This document shows positions 10,354-22,000 of a DNA stretch of 64,000 bases, one piece after another; positions within the stretch are counted from its first letter, which is position 1; every line of letters starts with the position of its first letter. The DNA comes from a virus. The position numbers were made by a program, and so were the translations under genes. The notes beneath the pieces are model-generated. The model was given only the letters and a program-made list of their open reading frames with translations. It was not told the DNA's origin and did not search any database. The DNA is taken from positions 1 to 64,000 of IMG/VR virus record IMGVR_UViG_3300018022_000003. One strand, written 5' to 3'.

Positions 10354-10775
10354 CCGTGCAGGAACTCGTCCTTCTCCGCCAGCCTCCTCCTTAGCAGCCC
10401 GGCGACCTCCTTGCCCCCCATCTTGTCCCACTTCTCGAACTCTGCCGCCGCCTCGGGAATCTTCCCCTGGTCCACCAGCTCAAGCAGGGTCGAGTGCTCG
10501 AACCTGTCCGACCCCAGGTTGAAGCAGAAGTCCACCATAGCGTCGTACTCCCCCTGGGTGACCGGCACGGTCACGTAGCGGTCTACCACGGACTCCGCCC
10601 AAGCTATGTCCTGCCCCAGCCATGCCTCGGCCTGCTCCCTCGTGCAGGTCATCCCCTGCACGACGCCGCTCCTGTGGCCGTAGCCTATGGCCCACCCGTT
10701 CCTGTCCCAGTAGGCCTCTAGCTTCAGCCCCTCGAAGCCCTCGGTGAGGGCTAGCCCCCTCTTGGAGTACCTCAT
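10350..10775 (-). CDS. GH24 phage lysozyme (endolysin/muramidase)
   Basis: FEGLKLEAYWDRNGWAIGYGH, QGEYDAMVDFCFNLG, GLLRRRLAE; 141 aa from ATG 10775. Confidence 0.92.
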   Translation of the reverse strand: MRYSKRGLALTEGFEGLKLEAYWDRNGWAIGYGHRSGVVQGMTCTREQAEAWLGQDIAWAESVVDRYVTVPVTQGEYDAMVDFCFNLGSDRFEHSTLLELVDQGKIPEAAAEFEKWDKMGGKEVAGLLRRRLAEKDEFLHG

Positions 10776-10777
10776 GC

Positions 10778-11167
10778 CTACCTCACTACGCTCACGGTAT
10801 GGTCGTCCGACTTCCACATCGCCTCCCTGACCGGGCGGGGCATGACGATGCACCCCTCGGACCCGTGCCCTGGGTCGGCGATGAGGTCCCCGTGGCAGTA
10901 GAAGTCCCCCCTCTTGCACATGTCGTTGGCGGGGTCGGGCTTCAGCGGGATGGCGTACGCCCCCACCCTTGAGTGCTCTATGGGGTCCTGCATGTAGTAG
11001 GTCCCCCTGGGCAGCGGGCCGCAGTTGTGGACGCACTGCGCATCGGGGTTGTTCACCCACTTGGCGTCCCAGGCGTCCCCGATGTTCCCGCCTGCGTACC
11101 CCGTGGCGGCGAGCGTGCCGTCCGGGCGGGTAAGCTTCCCCGTAGACTGCTGGAATGTCCAAGGCAT
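10778..11167 (-). CDS. DUF2778/Tlde1-like L,D-transpeptidase-fold protein
   Basis: TGYAG..NNPDAQCVHNCGPLPRGTY...RGDFYCHGDLIADPGHGSEGCIV, with the His...SxGC catalytic pattern. Confidence 0.8.
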   Translation of the reverse strand: MPWTFQQSTGKLTRPDGTLAATGYAGGNIGDAWDAKWVNNPDAQCVHNCGPLPRGTYYMQDPIEHSRVGAYAIPLKPDPANDMCKRGDFYCHGDLIADPGHGSEGCIVMPRPVREAMWKSDDHTVSVVR

Positions 11168-11176
11168 CCTGCCCTC

Positions 11177-11716
11177 CTATACCGCCACGTCCAGGTAGGC
11201 GGTGTCCCTGCCGAAGTCCACGTTCACCACCATGCTGCTGGTAACGTCCTCCGAGCCTGGGTCGTGCGAGTAGATAACGGATATCACCCCGTTGGCGTAC
11301 GACAGCCCGACCGGGAGGAACCCTATCAGGTAGGTGGCATAGTTGGGGTTCCCCAGGGCGTAGTTGTCCGCCAGCATCAGGCCGTCCTGGAAGAGGAAGG
11401 TCATCCACAGCGGCAGGGCGGGGGTGCTCTCGTCTAGTATGGTCATGGACGCCCTCCCGAGCAGCACCAGCCCGTAGGCCGGGAAGGCAGGGGAGGTGCC
11501 CCTGTACGGCCCCGGCGTCTCCGTGTACCAGGAGGCGACCGTAGGGGGGGAGTCCTCCGCCCCCGCCGTATAGTGGGAGCCGTTGGCAGCGAACCCCGTA
11601 TGCCCATTGTCCTCAGGGAAGTAGAAGCTGTCCCCTCCCGACTGCTGGATTAGGGCAGTGGCGGTTATCGGCTGGTTTCCATAGGCGTAGGGCTGGGCTT
11701 GTAGGATATACCCCAT
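11177..11716 (-). CDS. Hypothetical protein (179 aa)
   Basis: GC3-rich ORF co-oriented with the lysozyme genes; divergent from 11773. Confidence 0.65.
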   Translation of the reverse strand: MGYILQAQPYAYGNQPITATALIQQSGGDSFYFPEDNGHTGFAANGSHYTAGAEDSPPTVASWYTETPGPYRGTSPAFPAYGLVLLGRASMTILDESTPALPLWMTFLFQDGLMLADNYALGNPNYATYLIGFLPVGLSYANGVISVIYSHDPGSEDVTSSMVVNVDFGRDTAYLDVAV

Positions 11717-11772
11717 CTTCAATCCTCTGACTTTGCTCCTACTAATTAGATGCGAAGTCAAGGCGGAGGACT

Positions 11773-14700
11773 ATGTTTGAGTATCCCTCGGTAGTTTCCC
11801 GGACGCTCGACCCGGCCGGCAAGAGCCTGCTGACCGTCGTGGCCCTCCACGACCACGAGATTTCCGATGCGGACGTCAACCTTATCCAGGACCTCCAGGG
11901 CTACAAGAGGCACCAGGTGCTCAAGGACGGGCCAGCGACCTCCGGCTGCCTGACCTGGAGTCCCTTCGTGTACAACACCTCCATCTCCAGCGTCTTCGTC
12001 ATCCCCTCTTTTGACGTCCTGTTCAACGGCGAGGAGGTCACGGTCACGGGGTACCTCTCCGCCGACCAGACCCTCAACCAGGTCCTCCTCCCCTCCCCGG
12101 TCTCCTGGCCGGGGGTTGACGTGGAGCAGGCTAGGATATACGTCGTCTTCCTGGAGCTTTGGTACCAGGCCCTAGACCCGACCACCGGTGCAGGGTACTA
12201 CTCCATCACCGACCCCGTGACGGGGGCCATCTCCAACTACTTCTGGCCCTACGGGTGCGTGAGGCCGGACCCCGGCCTCTACGAGTCCATGCCAGACGAC
12301 TCCGTGGACATATTCGGCACCCTGACCGCAGGCGGGGGCCTCTACACTACCCAGCGTGCCCAGGTACAGTGGAGCCTCAACATCCAGCGTGTCGGCCTGA
12401 GTTACGACTTCAAGCGGTACCGCTACGGGCTTGACCCGGTCGGCACCGGCCCCCTCCAGGCGGTCTACGCCCAGGCAAGCCAGGCCTCCCCCATCACGGT
12501 GGACGCCTCCTACCAGTTCCAGAACCTCGGGGCCGTCACGGGGGATACCGGGCTGTGGAGGGCAGGCAACGGCAACCCCAACAATGCCCTGGGGACCATG
12601 GACGGCTACAGCTACGCCATGCCCGTCGCCGTGGTCTTCCAGCGCAACACCGGCATCTTCAGCCTAGGCTCCAACATCTTCGGGTGCGCCAGCGCCAGGA
12701 CCTCCAACTCCGGCACGCTCGCCACGGGGGTGTCCGGCCGGTTCGACTCCCGGCTCGCCGACCAGGTGTTCCCAGACGACACGGTGGATACCAGGCAGTC
12801 CGTGAGCCTGGACGGGTGGGACTACGGGAAGCTGGCCGGTGAGGGCCTCACGGACCTTATCACCGGCAGCCTCAGGTCCGCCATCGGCCGTGGGCAGCCC
12901 CCTGGTATGAACCCCTACGACCTAGGCTCGGCGCTCGACTACTATGTCTCCATAGCCCCGTCCATCGTCGCCAATACCAACACGGTGGGGGCCTTCGACG
13001 GGTTTATGAACGGCTTCAGCTCCGACCAGAGGACCTTCTACGTCACCAAGCAGGTCAGCGTCTACGGTACGCCCAGCACGCCCCAGAACCCTGACGGCTC
13101 CTCGGGCACGATAGGGAAGTCCGTGGGCACCGTGGGGGCGGCCTGGTCCCAGAACGACGCCTTCACCGTCTGCCTGCCCTCGGCCTCCTCCACCATCTCC
13201 GCCTCCGCCGTCATCTCCTCGGCCTTCGTACAGGGGTTCAACACCCCCGTGGGGGGAAGGTCCAGGGTCCCCATAACCCTCCTGTCCGGCCAGGTGCTAG
13301 TGCAGGGCCTCAACTCCCGCACCGTCGTGGTGTCCTTCCCGCAGAACCTCTACGGCACGGCCTACGACCCAGGCACCAACAACCTGTACGTCACCCTTGG
13401 CATCACCTACCCGGCAGGCAGCAGCGCCAGCCTGGTGAACATACCTGTCGCCATGGACGGAGGCTCCCTGTACGACGGCACCACGGGCAAGACCCTCCCG
13501 GTGTACGGCGTCTCCGAGTACGCCATCCAGGCGCAGCAGATATCCTCCCTGGCATACCAGGTATGGGCCTACAACCCGGAGTACTCCAGCGTCCAGTTCG
13601 GCACCAGGGTATGGGTCAGGGTGGCAGGCTCCACCGGGGTCCAGCAGACGGTCGTAGGGGGGGTAACCACCACCTTCATAGTCCCTGTCCAGGGCATCAA
13701 CGGGCAGGTCAACGGCCTCTACGTGGTCGGGGCGTGGGACCTGGCCACCGGCACCTCCTACTCCATCTCCGGCAGGATGATGAGCGGCACCAACTGCATC
13801 GTCACCATCCAGGCACCCGTCCCCTCTGCCTCCACGGTGGTCATGTCCTTCATAGCCCAGGACACTGCCCAGGTGGCCTATAACCCGTCTGTCAAGGGGG
13901 TTACCCAGGTGGAGGAGACAGTGCTCTTTGGCACCTATGCCAAGACCCCCAGCTCGCCTGCCAACTCCCCCAGCCTGTGGGCCGACAGCAGGGTCGTGGT
14001 GGAGTCCGTGTCCTACGACAACGTCTCGGGGGCAAGCACCGTGGTCCTGGCTGGCAACCACTGTATCATCAAGGGGATATCCGGCAACGATGTCGGCAGG
14101 CTGGTATGGGTCCAGGACCAGTTCGGCAACCTCAACGCCGTGAACGTGTCCACGGCCAGCTTCAGCAACGGCTACGCCATAGTCGTGGTCCCCCACACCA
14201 ACCTGGACCCGACCCAGGGCGGCAGCACCTTCCTGTTCGTAGGCTCCATACTCCCGGCCTTCTCCACCGACTCCTCCCTCACGGTGGAGGAGCGCTATGT
14301 CCCCTACCAGGGGGAGGGGGTCGAGGGGCACTCCTACGAGGTCCTGTACGCCTCCGACAGCGCCCTTATCACCACCAACGGGACGGGCACCGCACCGGTC
14401 ATAGGCCTATCGGACGTGTTCCCCTACAACCGCCAGATTCCTATCTCCACCACCCTGCCCTCCCAGGTGGGGTGGTCGGACGCCACGCTTTCCAACACCC
14501 CCCTGGCGACCCTGTTCGACTCCAACTTCGTAGCGATGCGGCAGAACAACGTGGAGACGGTCTTCGAGGCACCGCTGCACACCAACGACTTCATCATGCC
14601 CGTGAACCGGGACATCAGGAAGCAGGTGCAGCTCCTCCAGGGGGGCAGCGGCGGCAGGGGGTTCGCCAAGGCCCTACCGCACCTGGGGTTCGCCATCGAG

Positions 14701-15648
14701 CCGCCCGCCCCCAAGACCGTGCTGGGGCAGAACCTACAGTCCACGACCGCCCCCATCGTCCTGTACGTGAACAATGCCAGCGGCAACGACAACAGCAACG
14801 GCCTCAGCCGCCTGACCGCCAAGCGCACCATCACCGGGGCCGTGAACTCCCTGCCCCCCGTGCTCAGGCACCCCTGCTCCATCCAGCTCATCACCACCGG
14901 GGTCCCCTATGTCATCGCCAACATCTCGTCCTCCCTCCAGATTATAGCCCTGGGGGACGGGACGCTGCGCACCGCCAAGTGGTATGCCCTGGCCAACCTG
15001 GCGTTCAGCATCCAGGAGGAGGGCAGGGTGGTAATCACCAGCACGGCGGACGCCACCAGCCCCATCGTCATCGACGGCACGGGCTGGGCGGGGTTCGGGG
15101 ACGGCCCGACCTCGGCCTTCTTCGTAAACAGCAGCCGGGTGATGTTCAACAACATCCAGTTCCAGGGGTTCGTCAACCCTGCCGTGTACGGCATAGACTC
15201 GGACGTCGAGTTCGTGGGCTGCATCTTCCGGGACAACTCCCAGGCAGGCGGGTTCGAGCAGGGGAGCGGCGTGATAATGACAGGAGGGGGCATAACCCTC
15301 CCCACGGGGGGCAACGGGTTCGTGCTCTCCCAGTCGGAGCTGACTGCCTCCGGGGTGACGCTGGCAGTGGCCGCCGGGGCATCGCCCGGCTCCTTCTTTA
15401 CGGCAGAGCGCTCCTCCTGCGTCAACCTGTCCCAGCACCAGATATCCTCGCAGGAGGCTGGCATACTCCCCACTACGGTGGTGGCCTATGCCCAGCTCAA
15501 CTCCAGCATCGTGGTGGACAAGACCTTCCAGACCGCAGGGGAGGCGGTCCTGACGGCCAACTCGATACTGGCACGCTCCGTGAACATAGACCCGTTCCTA
15601 GGAGGCATCAACGCCGACAGCACGTCTGCTGTGGTAACACAGCTATAG
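11773..15648 (+). CDS. Tail fibre/spike-like protein with C-terminal right-handed beta-helix
   Basis: N-terminal SRTLDP..D.D.N baseplate-anchoring motif; C-terminal LYVNNASGNDNSNGL...TITGAVNSLP and beta-helix repeats. Confidence 0.6.
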   Translation: MFEYPSVVSRTLDPAGKSLLTVVALHDHEISDADVNLIQDLQGYKRHQVLKDGPATSGCLTWSPFVYNTSISSVFVIPSFDVLFNGEEVTVTGYLSADQTLNQVLLPSPVSWPGVDVEQARIYVVFLELWYQALDPTTGAGYYSITDPVTGAISNYFWPYGCVRPDPGLYESMPDDSVDIFGTLTAGGGLYTTQRAQVQWSLNIQRVGLSYDFKRYRYGLDPVGTGPLQAVYAQASQASPITVDASYQFQNLGAVTGDTGLWRAGNGNPNNALGTMDGYSYAMPVAVVFQRNTGIFSLGSNIFGCASARTSNSGTLATGVSGRFDSRLADQVFPDDTVDTRQSVSLDGWDYGKLAGEGLTDLITGSLRSAIGRGQPPGMNPYDLGSALDYYVSIAPSIVANTNTVGAFDGFMNGFSSDQRTFYVTKQVSVYGTPSTPQNPDGSSGTIGKSVGTVGAAWSQNDAFTVCLPSASSTISASAVISSAFVQGFNTPVGGRSRVPITLLSGQVLVQGLNSRTVVVSFPQNLYGTAYDPGTNNLYVTLGITYPAGSSASLVNIPVAMDGGSLYDGTTGKTLPVYGVSEYAIQAQQISSLAYQVWAYNPEYSSVQFGTRVWVRVAGSTGVQQTVVGGVTTTFIVPVQGINGQVNGLYVVGAWDLATGTSYSISGRMMSGTNCIVTIQAPVPSASTVVMSFIAQDTAQVAYNPSVKGVTQVEETVLFGTYAKTPSSPANSPSLWADSRVVVESVSYDNVSGASTVVLAGNHCIIKGISGNDVGRLVWVQDQFGNLNAVNVSTASFSNGYAIVVVPHTNLDPTQGGSTFLFVGSILPAFSTDSSLTVEERYVPYQGEGVEGHSYEVLYASDSALITTNGTGTAPVIGLSDVFPYNRQIPISTTLPSQVGWSDATLSNTPLATLFDSNFVAMRQNNVETVFEAPLHTNDFIMPVNRDIRKQVQLLQGGSGGRGFAKALPHLGFAIEPPAPKTVLGQNLQSTTAPIVLYVNNASGNDNSNGLSRLTAKRTITGAVNSLPPVLRHPCSIQLITTGVPYVIANISSSLQIIALGDGTLRTAKWYALANLAFSIQEEGRVVITSTADATSPIVIDGTGWAGFGDGPTSAFFVNSSRVMFNNIQFQGFVNPAVYGIDSDVEFVGCIFRDNSQAGGFEQGSGVIMTGGGITLPTGGNGFVLSQSELTASGVTLAVAAGASPGSFFTAERSSCVNLSQHQISSQEAGILPTTVVAYAQLNSSIVVDKTFQTAGEAVLTANSILARSVNIDPFLGGINADSTSAVVTQL

Positions 15649-15658
15649 GACAAAATCC

Positions 15659-18600
15659 ATGAGCCTACCCCTGCTTCCGGTATCGCCCGCCGTCGCCAAC
15701 ATCGACGAGAACCTTATCCTGACGGTCAACTGGAACCCGCCCACCGTCAACGGCGGGTACACCATGTACGCCGGGTGGAACATCTACCTGTTCATACCCC
15801 CGGCTGCGGCCATCCCCCTTACCTACTTTACCACCGGCACCGAGTCCGGGGGCACGCCCAGCAGCCCCAACTTCCAGCAGACGCTCGGGGTCGGGGACTA
15901 CGCTATCAATATGGAGGCCCTGTCCTCCGACTATACCCAGTACCTCAACAGCCTCCAGTGGGACAGCAACCATACCTTCCCCCCCGTCATCACCAGCAGC
16001 CTGGTAAGCTATAGCAGCTCTACCCTCCTCCTGGGTCAGACCCTAACCGTCACCCTGAGCAGCCTCTACGACGGCAGCAATGCCAGCAGTTGGCAGGTCT
16101 CCTACCAGGACGGGACCTCCTCCGGCTGGATGCCCCTCAGCAGCCGGACCGTGACCAAGATTTTCAACACGCCGGGGCAGCAGGTCTTGACCGTGCAGGT
16201 GCTCAGCGACTTCGGCGGCAACGTCCCGCCCGTCAAGCTGACCCGCTCCTTCTCCTTCAGCGTCTTCGTGGTAAACCAGGTGTACAGCGCCCCGTCCGAG
16301 ACGTCCATCACCGGGACCCTCGGCGTCGGCGGCGAGCAGGGGTTCGAGATAATCGACAACACCTCCGGCCAGGCGGTCCCCCAGCCCTACGAGGTCATAG
16401 CCAAGGGAATCGTGCGTGACATAATGACCAACGAGCTTAAGCTGCTCGTGGCCACCAGCCGCTTCAGCAACGCAAGCTCCCTGCTCGGGACCATGGCCCT
16501 GGACGTGTTCCCGCTCAACGGCCGCCCGCAGCTCAACGAGCCTCTCCTCCCGCTCACCGAGGTGACGCCCGGCAACAGCTCCGTCATCCCTGTCACGATA
16601 ACCACCGTCGCCCTCCCCAGCGACTCCTATATCGGCCAGCCCTGCGAGTACTTCAGGTTCATGCAGGCCACGGGCGGCACGCCGTTCGTGGAGCTTGGCG
16701 CACCCCCCAGCACCACCACCACCGACAGCCTCTATATCTGGTCTGCCGAGGGCATGCCCCCCGGCCTGGAGATGAGCAGCGACGGCACCATAAGCGGCAT
16801 CCCGACCCAGCTCGGCACCTTTACCGTCGTCGTGTCCGCCATGGACATCAGCGTCCCGCCCTTCATTGCAGAGATGACCTACACCAGCCAGTTCGCCTAC
16901 GTCATCAAGTCCAACCTGACGATAACCACCCCGTCCGTCCCCGACGCCCAGGTCCTCGTCCCCTACAGCAAGCAGCTTGAGAGCACGGGCGGCATAGCCC
17001 CCCTCCTGTGGTCCATCGAGGCGGGCACCCTGCCCATCGGCCTCTCCCTCGGACAGGGCACCGGCATGATATCCGGCGTCCCCTGCACCTACAGCATGCA
17101 GGATTTCGCCGGCCAGTTCAGCGTCACCGTGCAGGTGCAGGACTCCGTAGGGGCGCTGGCCTCCAGGACCTATACCCTGAGCCTTTTCCCGGCCTCCCTC
17201 CAGTTCGGGCCGCTGGACCAGCCGGTCATCTACGCCGGGCAGTCCTACAGGATTGACATCCCCGTGTTCGGCGGCACCCCGCCCTACACCCTTGCCTCCT
17301 TCACGGACGACGGCATGGCGGCCCTGGACCCTACAAGCGCCCATGCCCTGATGGGGGGGGTGTTCGAGTTCCAGATTAACGTCGCCAACTCCAACGCCGG
17401 GGTACACAGCTTCGCAGTGACGGTGAACGACTCTGCGGCCGGGTCCGCCAACAAGACCTTCTACTACACCGTGGGGCCGCAGGTAAGCTCCATAGAGGTG
17501 GTAGAGGCGGCGTTCGACCACCAGTGGGGGACCGGCGACACGACCTCCACGGCCCACGACATAGCAGGGTCCCTCGGCGGGTTCCTCATCAACCAGGGCA
17601 ACGTGCTTACCGTCTCGGACTTCTCCAGGTCCAGCGGCCTGGCGGTAAAGGTTGTGCCCTCGGGCACCGTGGCCCTGTCCCCGCCGTCGCCCGCCTCCAC
17701 CCCCCTGGTCGAGGTGGCCGGACCCCCCACCTCCTTCTGCAACTCCGAGGTAAGGGTCAATGTGCCCCTGACCAACGGCACGGCCACGGTGGCCACCATC
17801 ATACGGGAGTTCGAGCTGCTTACCCACAACAGCGTCTCCGACATGGGAGGGGAGCTAATCTACCCACGCCCGTATATCGTAGGGGATTTCGTCGGCATGT
17901 ACCCCCCGAGGCCCTACTTCAACTCCCCCGAGGTCAGCACCTTCCCGGCAGGCAGCCCCCCGGTATCCCTTACCTCCAGGGTCCAGGCAGGCTCCTCCCT
18001 CCCTCCGGGCCTCTCCCTCGACCAGGTCACGGGGCTGGTGTACGGCAGCCTGCTGGGCATCTTCGGCACCGGGCCGGGGCCGACGCCGCCCTCCCAGTCC
18101 GCCAGCATCTCTACCCCCCCGCACATGGGGGCTACCGCCACGGTGGGGGTGCAGTACTACGTGACCAACGGCAATATCCTGATATCCGTCCTGTACACCG
18201 GGTACTCGCAGACCGACCCCAACCTGCCCGTCATCAAGAACACCCTGGCAGGGGCAACGGTAGGCTCCCCGTTCGTCCCCAATACGACGGCGGTCGTGGA
18301 CGTGACGACCAACAGCTTCGTCATGGAGTACAACTACCTCGCTACCGTCGCAGGCACGGACGTCATAAGCCTCGTGCAGGGCGGCACGGTGTTCGACATC
18401 GTGGTCATCGTGGTCAGCTCCCCGTCCCTCAGTGCCACCGGGCTTAGCTCCAACACCAGCCTTCCGGCATCGACGGTGAACACTACCGGGGCCACCCTAA
18501 ACCCGCCGGTCACGGTCACCGGAGGCGTGCCCCCGTATACCTACACCCTGACCACGGACATTGGCCATACTACCCCGAACACCTTCACCATAACCAACAA

Positions 18601-19060
18601 CGGGACCGCCAACGCTGCCCTCAAGGTGCAGAACCCCGCTGTCGGGCCGGGCACTACCCTGTCGTGGAGCGGCAGCATCCAGGTCACGGACTCGGCCGCC
18701 GCCACGCAGTTCGTCACGGGGACCTACACGGTCAACGTGATTATCACCACCTCCGCACTCACGGCGACGGGCAGGAACGAGGCGTACAGCAACGCCATAG
18801 ACGGACTGCCCATAGGGGCCGTGCCCATCCCCGTCACTGTCACCGGAGGGACTGCGCCCTACAGCTACAACCTGGCCATCCCTGCCACGCAGTACTTCGA
18901 GGTAGTGAACAACAACAGTGCCTCCGCAGGCATCCTGTTCACCGGAGGCTCGGTCACCGGCAGCTTCAGCACCAATGTGAGCATAACGGTCACCGACGCC
19001 GCAGGCGGCGTCGTCTCCGCCGTGGGCAAGATTACGATAATCGTAGCGGTTGCATGGTAG
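15659..19060 (+). CDS. Virion protein with PKD-like and multiple Ig (He_PIG-type) domains
   Basis: Repeated L.pGL.l...G.iSG.PT and GG.PPYT motifs; very Thr/Ser rich. Confidence 0.7.
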   Translation: MSLPLLPVSPAVANIDENLILTVNWNPPTVNGGYTMYAGWNIYLFIPPAAAIPLTYFTTGTESGGTPSSPNFQQTLGVGDYAINMEALSSDYTQYLNSLQWDSNHTFPPVITSSLVSYSSSTLLLGQTLTVTLSSLYDGSNASSWQVSYQDGTSSGWMPLSSRTVTKIFNTPGQQVLTVQVLSDFGGNVPPVKLTRSFSFSVFVVNQVYSAPSETSITGTLGVGGEQGFEIIDNTSGQAVPQPYEVIAKGIVRDIMTNELKLLVATSRFSNASSLLGTMALDVFPLNGRPQLNEPLLPLTEVTPGNSSVIPVTITTVALPSDSYIGQPCEYFRFMQATGGTPFVELGAPPSTTTTDSLYIWSAEGMPPGLEMSSDGTISGIPTQLGTFTVVVSAMDISVPPFIAEMTYTSQFAYVIKSNLTITTPSVPDAQVLVPYSKQLESTGGIAPLLWSIEAGTLPIGLSLGQGTGMISGVPCTYSMQDFAGQFSVTVQVQDSVGALASRTYTLSLFPASLQFGPLDQPVIYAGQSYRIDIPVFGGTPPYTLASFTDDGMAALDPTSAHALMGGVFEFQINVANSNAGVHSFAVTVNDSAAGSANKTFYYTVGPQVSSIEVVEAAFDHQWGTGDTTSTAHDIAGSLGGFLINQGNVLTVSDFSRSSGLAVKVVPSGTVALSPPSPASTPLVEVAGPPTSFCNSEVRVNVPLTNGTATVATIIREFELLTHNSVSDMGGELIYPRPYIVGDFVGMYPPRPYFNSPEVSTFPAGSPPVSLTSRVQAGSSLPPGLSLDQVTGLVYGSLLGIFGTGPGPTPPSQSASISTPPHMGATATVGVQYYVTNGNILISVLYTGYSQTDPNLPVIKNTLAGATVGSPFVPNTTAVVDVTTNSFVMEYNYLATVAGTDVISLVQGGTVFDIVVIVVSSPSLSATGLSSNTSLPASTVNTTGATLNPPVTVTGGVPPYTYTLTTDIGHTTPNTFTITNNGTANAALKVQNPAVGPGTTLSWSGSIQVTDSAAATQFVTGTYTVNVIITTSALTATGRNEAYSNAIDGLPIGAVPIPVTVTGGTAPYSYNLAIPATQYFEVVNNNSASAGILFTGGSVTGSFSTNVSITVTDAAGGVVSAVGKITIIVAVAW

Positions 19061-19069
19061 GAGAGGAGA

Positions 19070-22000
19070 ATGAGCAACACGAGCGTCATCGAGTACGTAG
19101 ACTCCCTGGGGACCGTGCATGGCACTGCCGCCATAAACTGGGACACGCAGGCCAACGCCTTCCCTATGACCGCCAGCCTGCCCTCTGGGACCCTCAACGC
19201 CCCCTATAGCGGCACCATCACCTCCCAGACGTCCAACCTCTCCTCTGCCTCCGTCTACCGTGGGCACCTTCCTGCGGGCCTCTCCCTCAGCGCTTCCGGC
19301 AGCACCGTCACCGTGTCCGGCACCCCGACCGAGGCCGGGGTATTCGACCTGTGGTTCCAGGCCACCACCTCAGACAGCAAGTCCTCCTTCATTTACAGCA
19401 GGCTGGCCATCGCCTATGCCGTGCCCCCCATCATCCTGACCAACATCCTCCCCAGCGTCGTAATCGGGCAGGCCTACTCCGTCGTCTTCGAGGGGTACGG
19501 GGGCGTGCCCCCCTACACGTGGTCCAGCGACATAGCCACCAGCTTCCCGGGGGTGGCCCCCTTCCTGAGTTTCACGGGCAACGTCTTCGGCGGCACGGTG
19601 ACGGACGGCACCCAGGAGGGCAAGAGCGCCAACGTCAGCTTTGCCCTGACGGACGCCAACGGCACCATAGCCACCCGCACGCTGCTCCTCAGCGTCAACA
19701 GCTCCCTGGTGATAACGACCACCGTCATCCCCAGGGTAGGCCTGAACGTGGACTACTCCTTCACCCTCCAGGCGGCGGGCGGCGTGCCCCCCTATACCTG
19801 GAGCACTGCCGGGCCCCTCCCCACCCCGGCAGTCGGCCATACCTTCGCCCTCAGCTCGGCGGGCGTCCTGGCCGGGTATACGGACGACAACAGCTACGGC
19901 ACCCATAGCGTGAACTGGACGGTCACGGACTCGACGGCCGCCAGCACTACCAAGCTCCTCCCCCTGTCGGTAGGGCCGCTCTCCGGCATGACCATCGACG
20001 CCAGCGGCGTAGGACCGATATACCGTGGCGTGAACTACAACGGCACCCTGGTCGTCGGGGGCACCTATACCACCCCCGTTTCCTGGACGGTCACCGACGA
20101 CAGCCCCAACCCGCTCCCCTCCGGCCTACAGCTCCAGGCCAGCGTCAGCAACAGTGGCAAGAGCGCCTCCATCATCGGGCTGTATACCGGGGCACCTATC
20201 CTCCAGGCGTCCAACTACCAGGTGAAGGTACAGGCCACCGACAGCGCAGGGCACGTCACCTCCGACACTATCGTTCTCTATACCCTGTCCAGCCTGGCGA
20301 TAACCACCACCTCCCTGCCGAACGGCCAGGTGAACGTGGCCTACAGCCAGCAGCTCGCCGCCACGGGCGGCGGGTCGCCGACCGGGGGAGCGCCCGTGTA
20401 CGCATGGAGTGCCTCCGATGTCCCAGTAGGCTTCCCGTTCAGCCTGAGCAGCGCAGGCGTCCTCCAGGGCACAAGCACCTCGTCCGGCACCTGGACCTTT
20501 ACCGCCAACGTGGCCGACAGCCTCGCCGTGCCCGACACTGCCAGCCAGAGCCTCACGGTCACGGTATCCGCCAGCAACCTGGCCATCACCACCACCTCCC
20601 CCCTGCCCGGTGCCGTGGCCGGGGTAGCCTACAGCACCACCCTTGCGGCCACCGGGGGCGTCCCCCCCTATACGTGGGGGCTTGTCGCAGGCTCCCTACC
20701 CTCCGGGCTTTCCCTGGGGTCGAACGGCATCATAAGCGGGACTACCTCCGCCGTGGGCAGCTACACCATCACCGTCCAGGTGACGGACAGCGTCACCTCT
20801 ACCGCCCAGAAGCAGTTCACCCTGCCGGTCACCTCCGCCCTTACCCTCCAGACGGGCATAGACTACACGGACGGGTTGAGCACGGGCAGCCTGGGCTACG
20901 TGGCGTCCGGCAGCGTGGACTCCATCAGCCCCCGGAGCAACAGGTCGTTCTACCTGGTCGCCCAGGGGCTTATCGCCACCTCCGCCAGCCAGATAACGGT
21001 CGGGGCACCCTCCGGCTTCTCGGCCACGGTGGAGTCCGTCTCCAGCGGCACGGCGCTCATCCGCCTCAGCGGCCCCTATGCCTCGGGCAGCCAGGGGAGC
21101 AACAGCCAGCTTTGGACCGTAACCGACAACGGCAACCCCTCCTCGCCGGTGCAGGCCTCTATCACGCCCTCCTGGACCGTCTATACGAACGGGGCGCTCC
21201 GTACCGCCCCCAGCAGTGGCAGCATACCCTCCTACGGGGTCCCGCTGGCGGAAGGTACCTCGGGCAGCCTGCCCGTCTACAACGACCCGAGCAACCCCGT
21301 GTTCAACTTCCAGACCTACAACGGGGCGGCCGTGGACAAGGCCGCCGCCCTCACGGCGGACTTCTCCTTCACCGGGGACAACAGCGCCTACTCCGGCCTG
21401 GTCAGCTTCGGCTTCGACGGCACCAACTACAACGTCTCCTATGGCGGGGGGGCGTTCGCCAGCGGGGTGGCCCTGACCAACCTGACCGTCACCGACGACG
21501 ACATAGCCTGGTACAACGGCACGAACAAGTCCTTCGACACCTACGGCTCGGGCAAGAGCCTCGTCCTGCCGGCCGTCTACCTCCTCCAGACCACCGTGGG
21601 GTCCGTCAACCCGACGACCGTCACCATCCCCACCACCAACACGACCGCAGGCAGCACCTATTCCTCCGCCCCCGCCAATGAGACGGAGGCCATCACCACC
21701 GACTATGGCAACAGCGGGTGGATTAGCCTCGGCAACCTCAAGAACGGCGGCAGCGACTCCATCAACCTCTACGGGTCCTCGGGCATGACCAACAACATAG
21801 GCTACACCCTCAGCCTGACGGGGTGGTCGGGCATCAACGTGCCCAGCAATGCCACCATCACCAGCATCACGGCTACCATCAACTATACCAGGTCTGACTG
21901 GGGAAGCAAGCGCAGTGCCATCTACCTGAACGGGGTTACCCTCCTGGGGGTATCGCCGACGCCCCCGTCGCAGTACTTCGGCCCGTCTGACACCGGGCCC

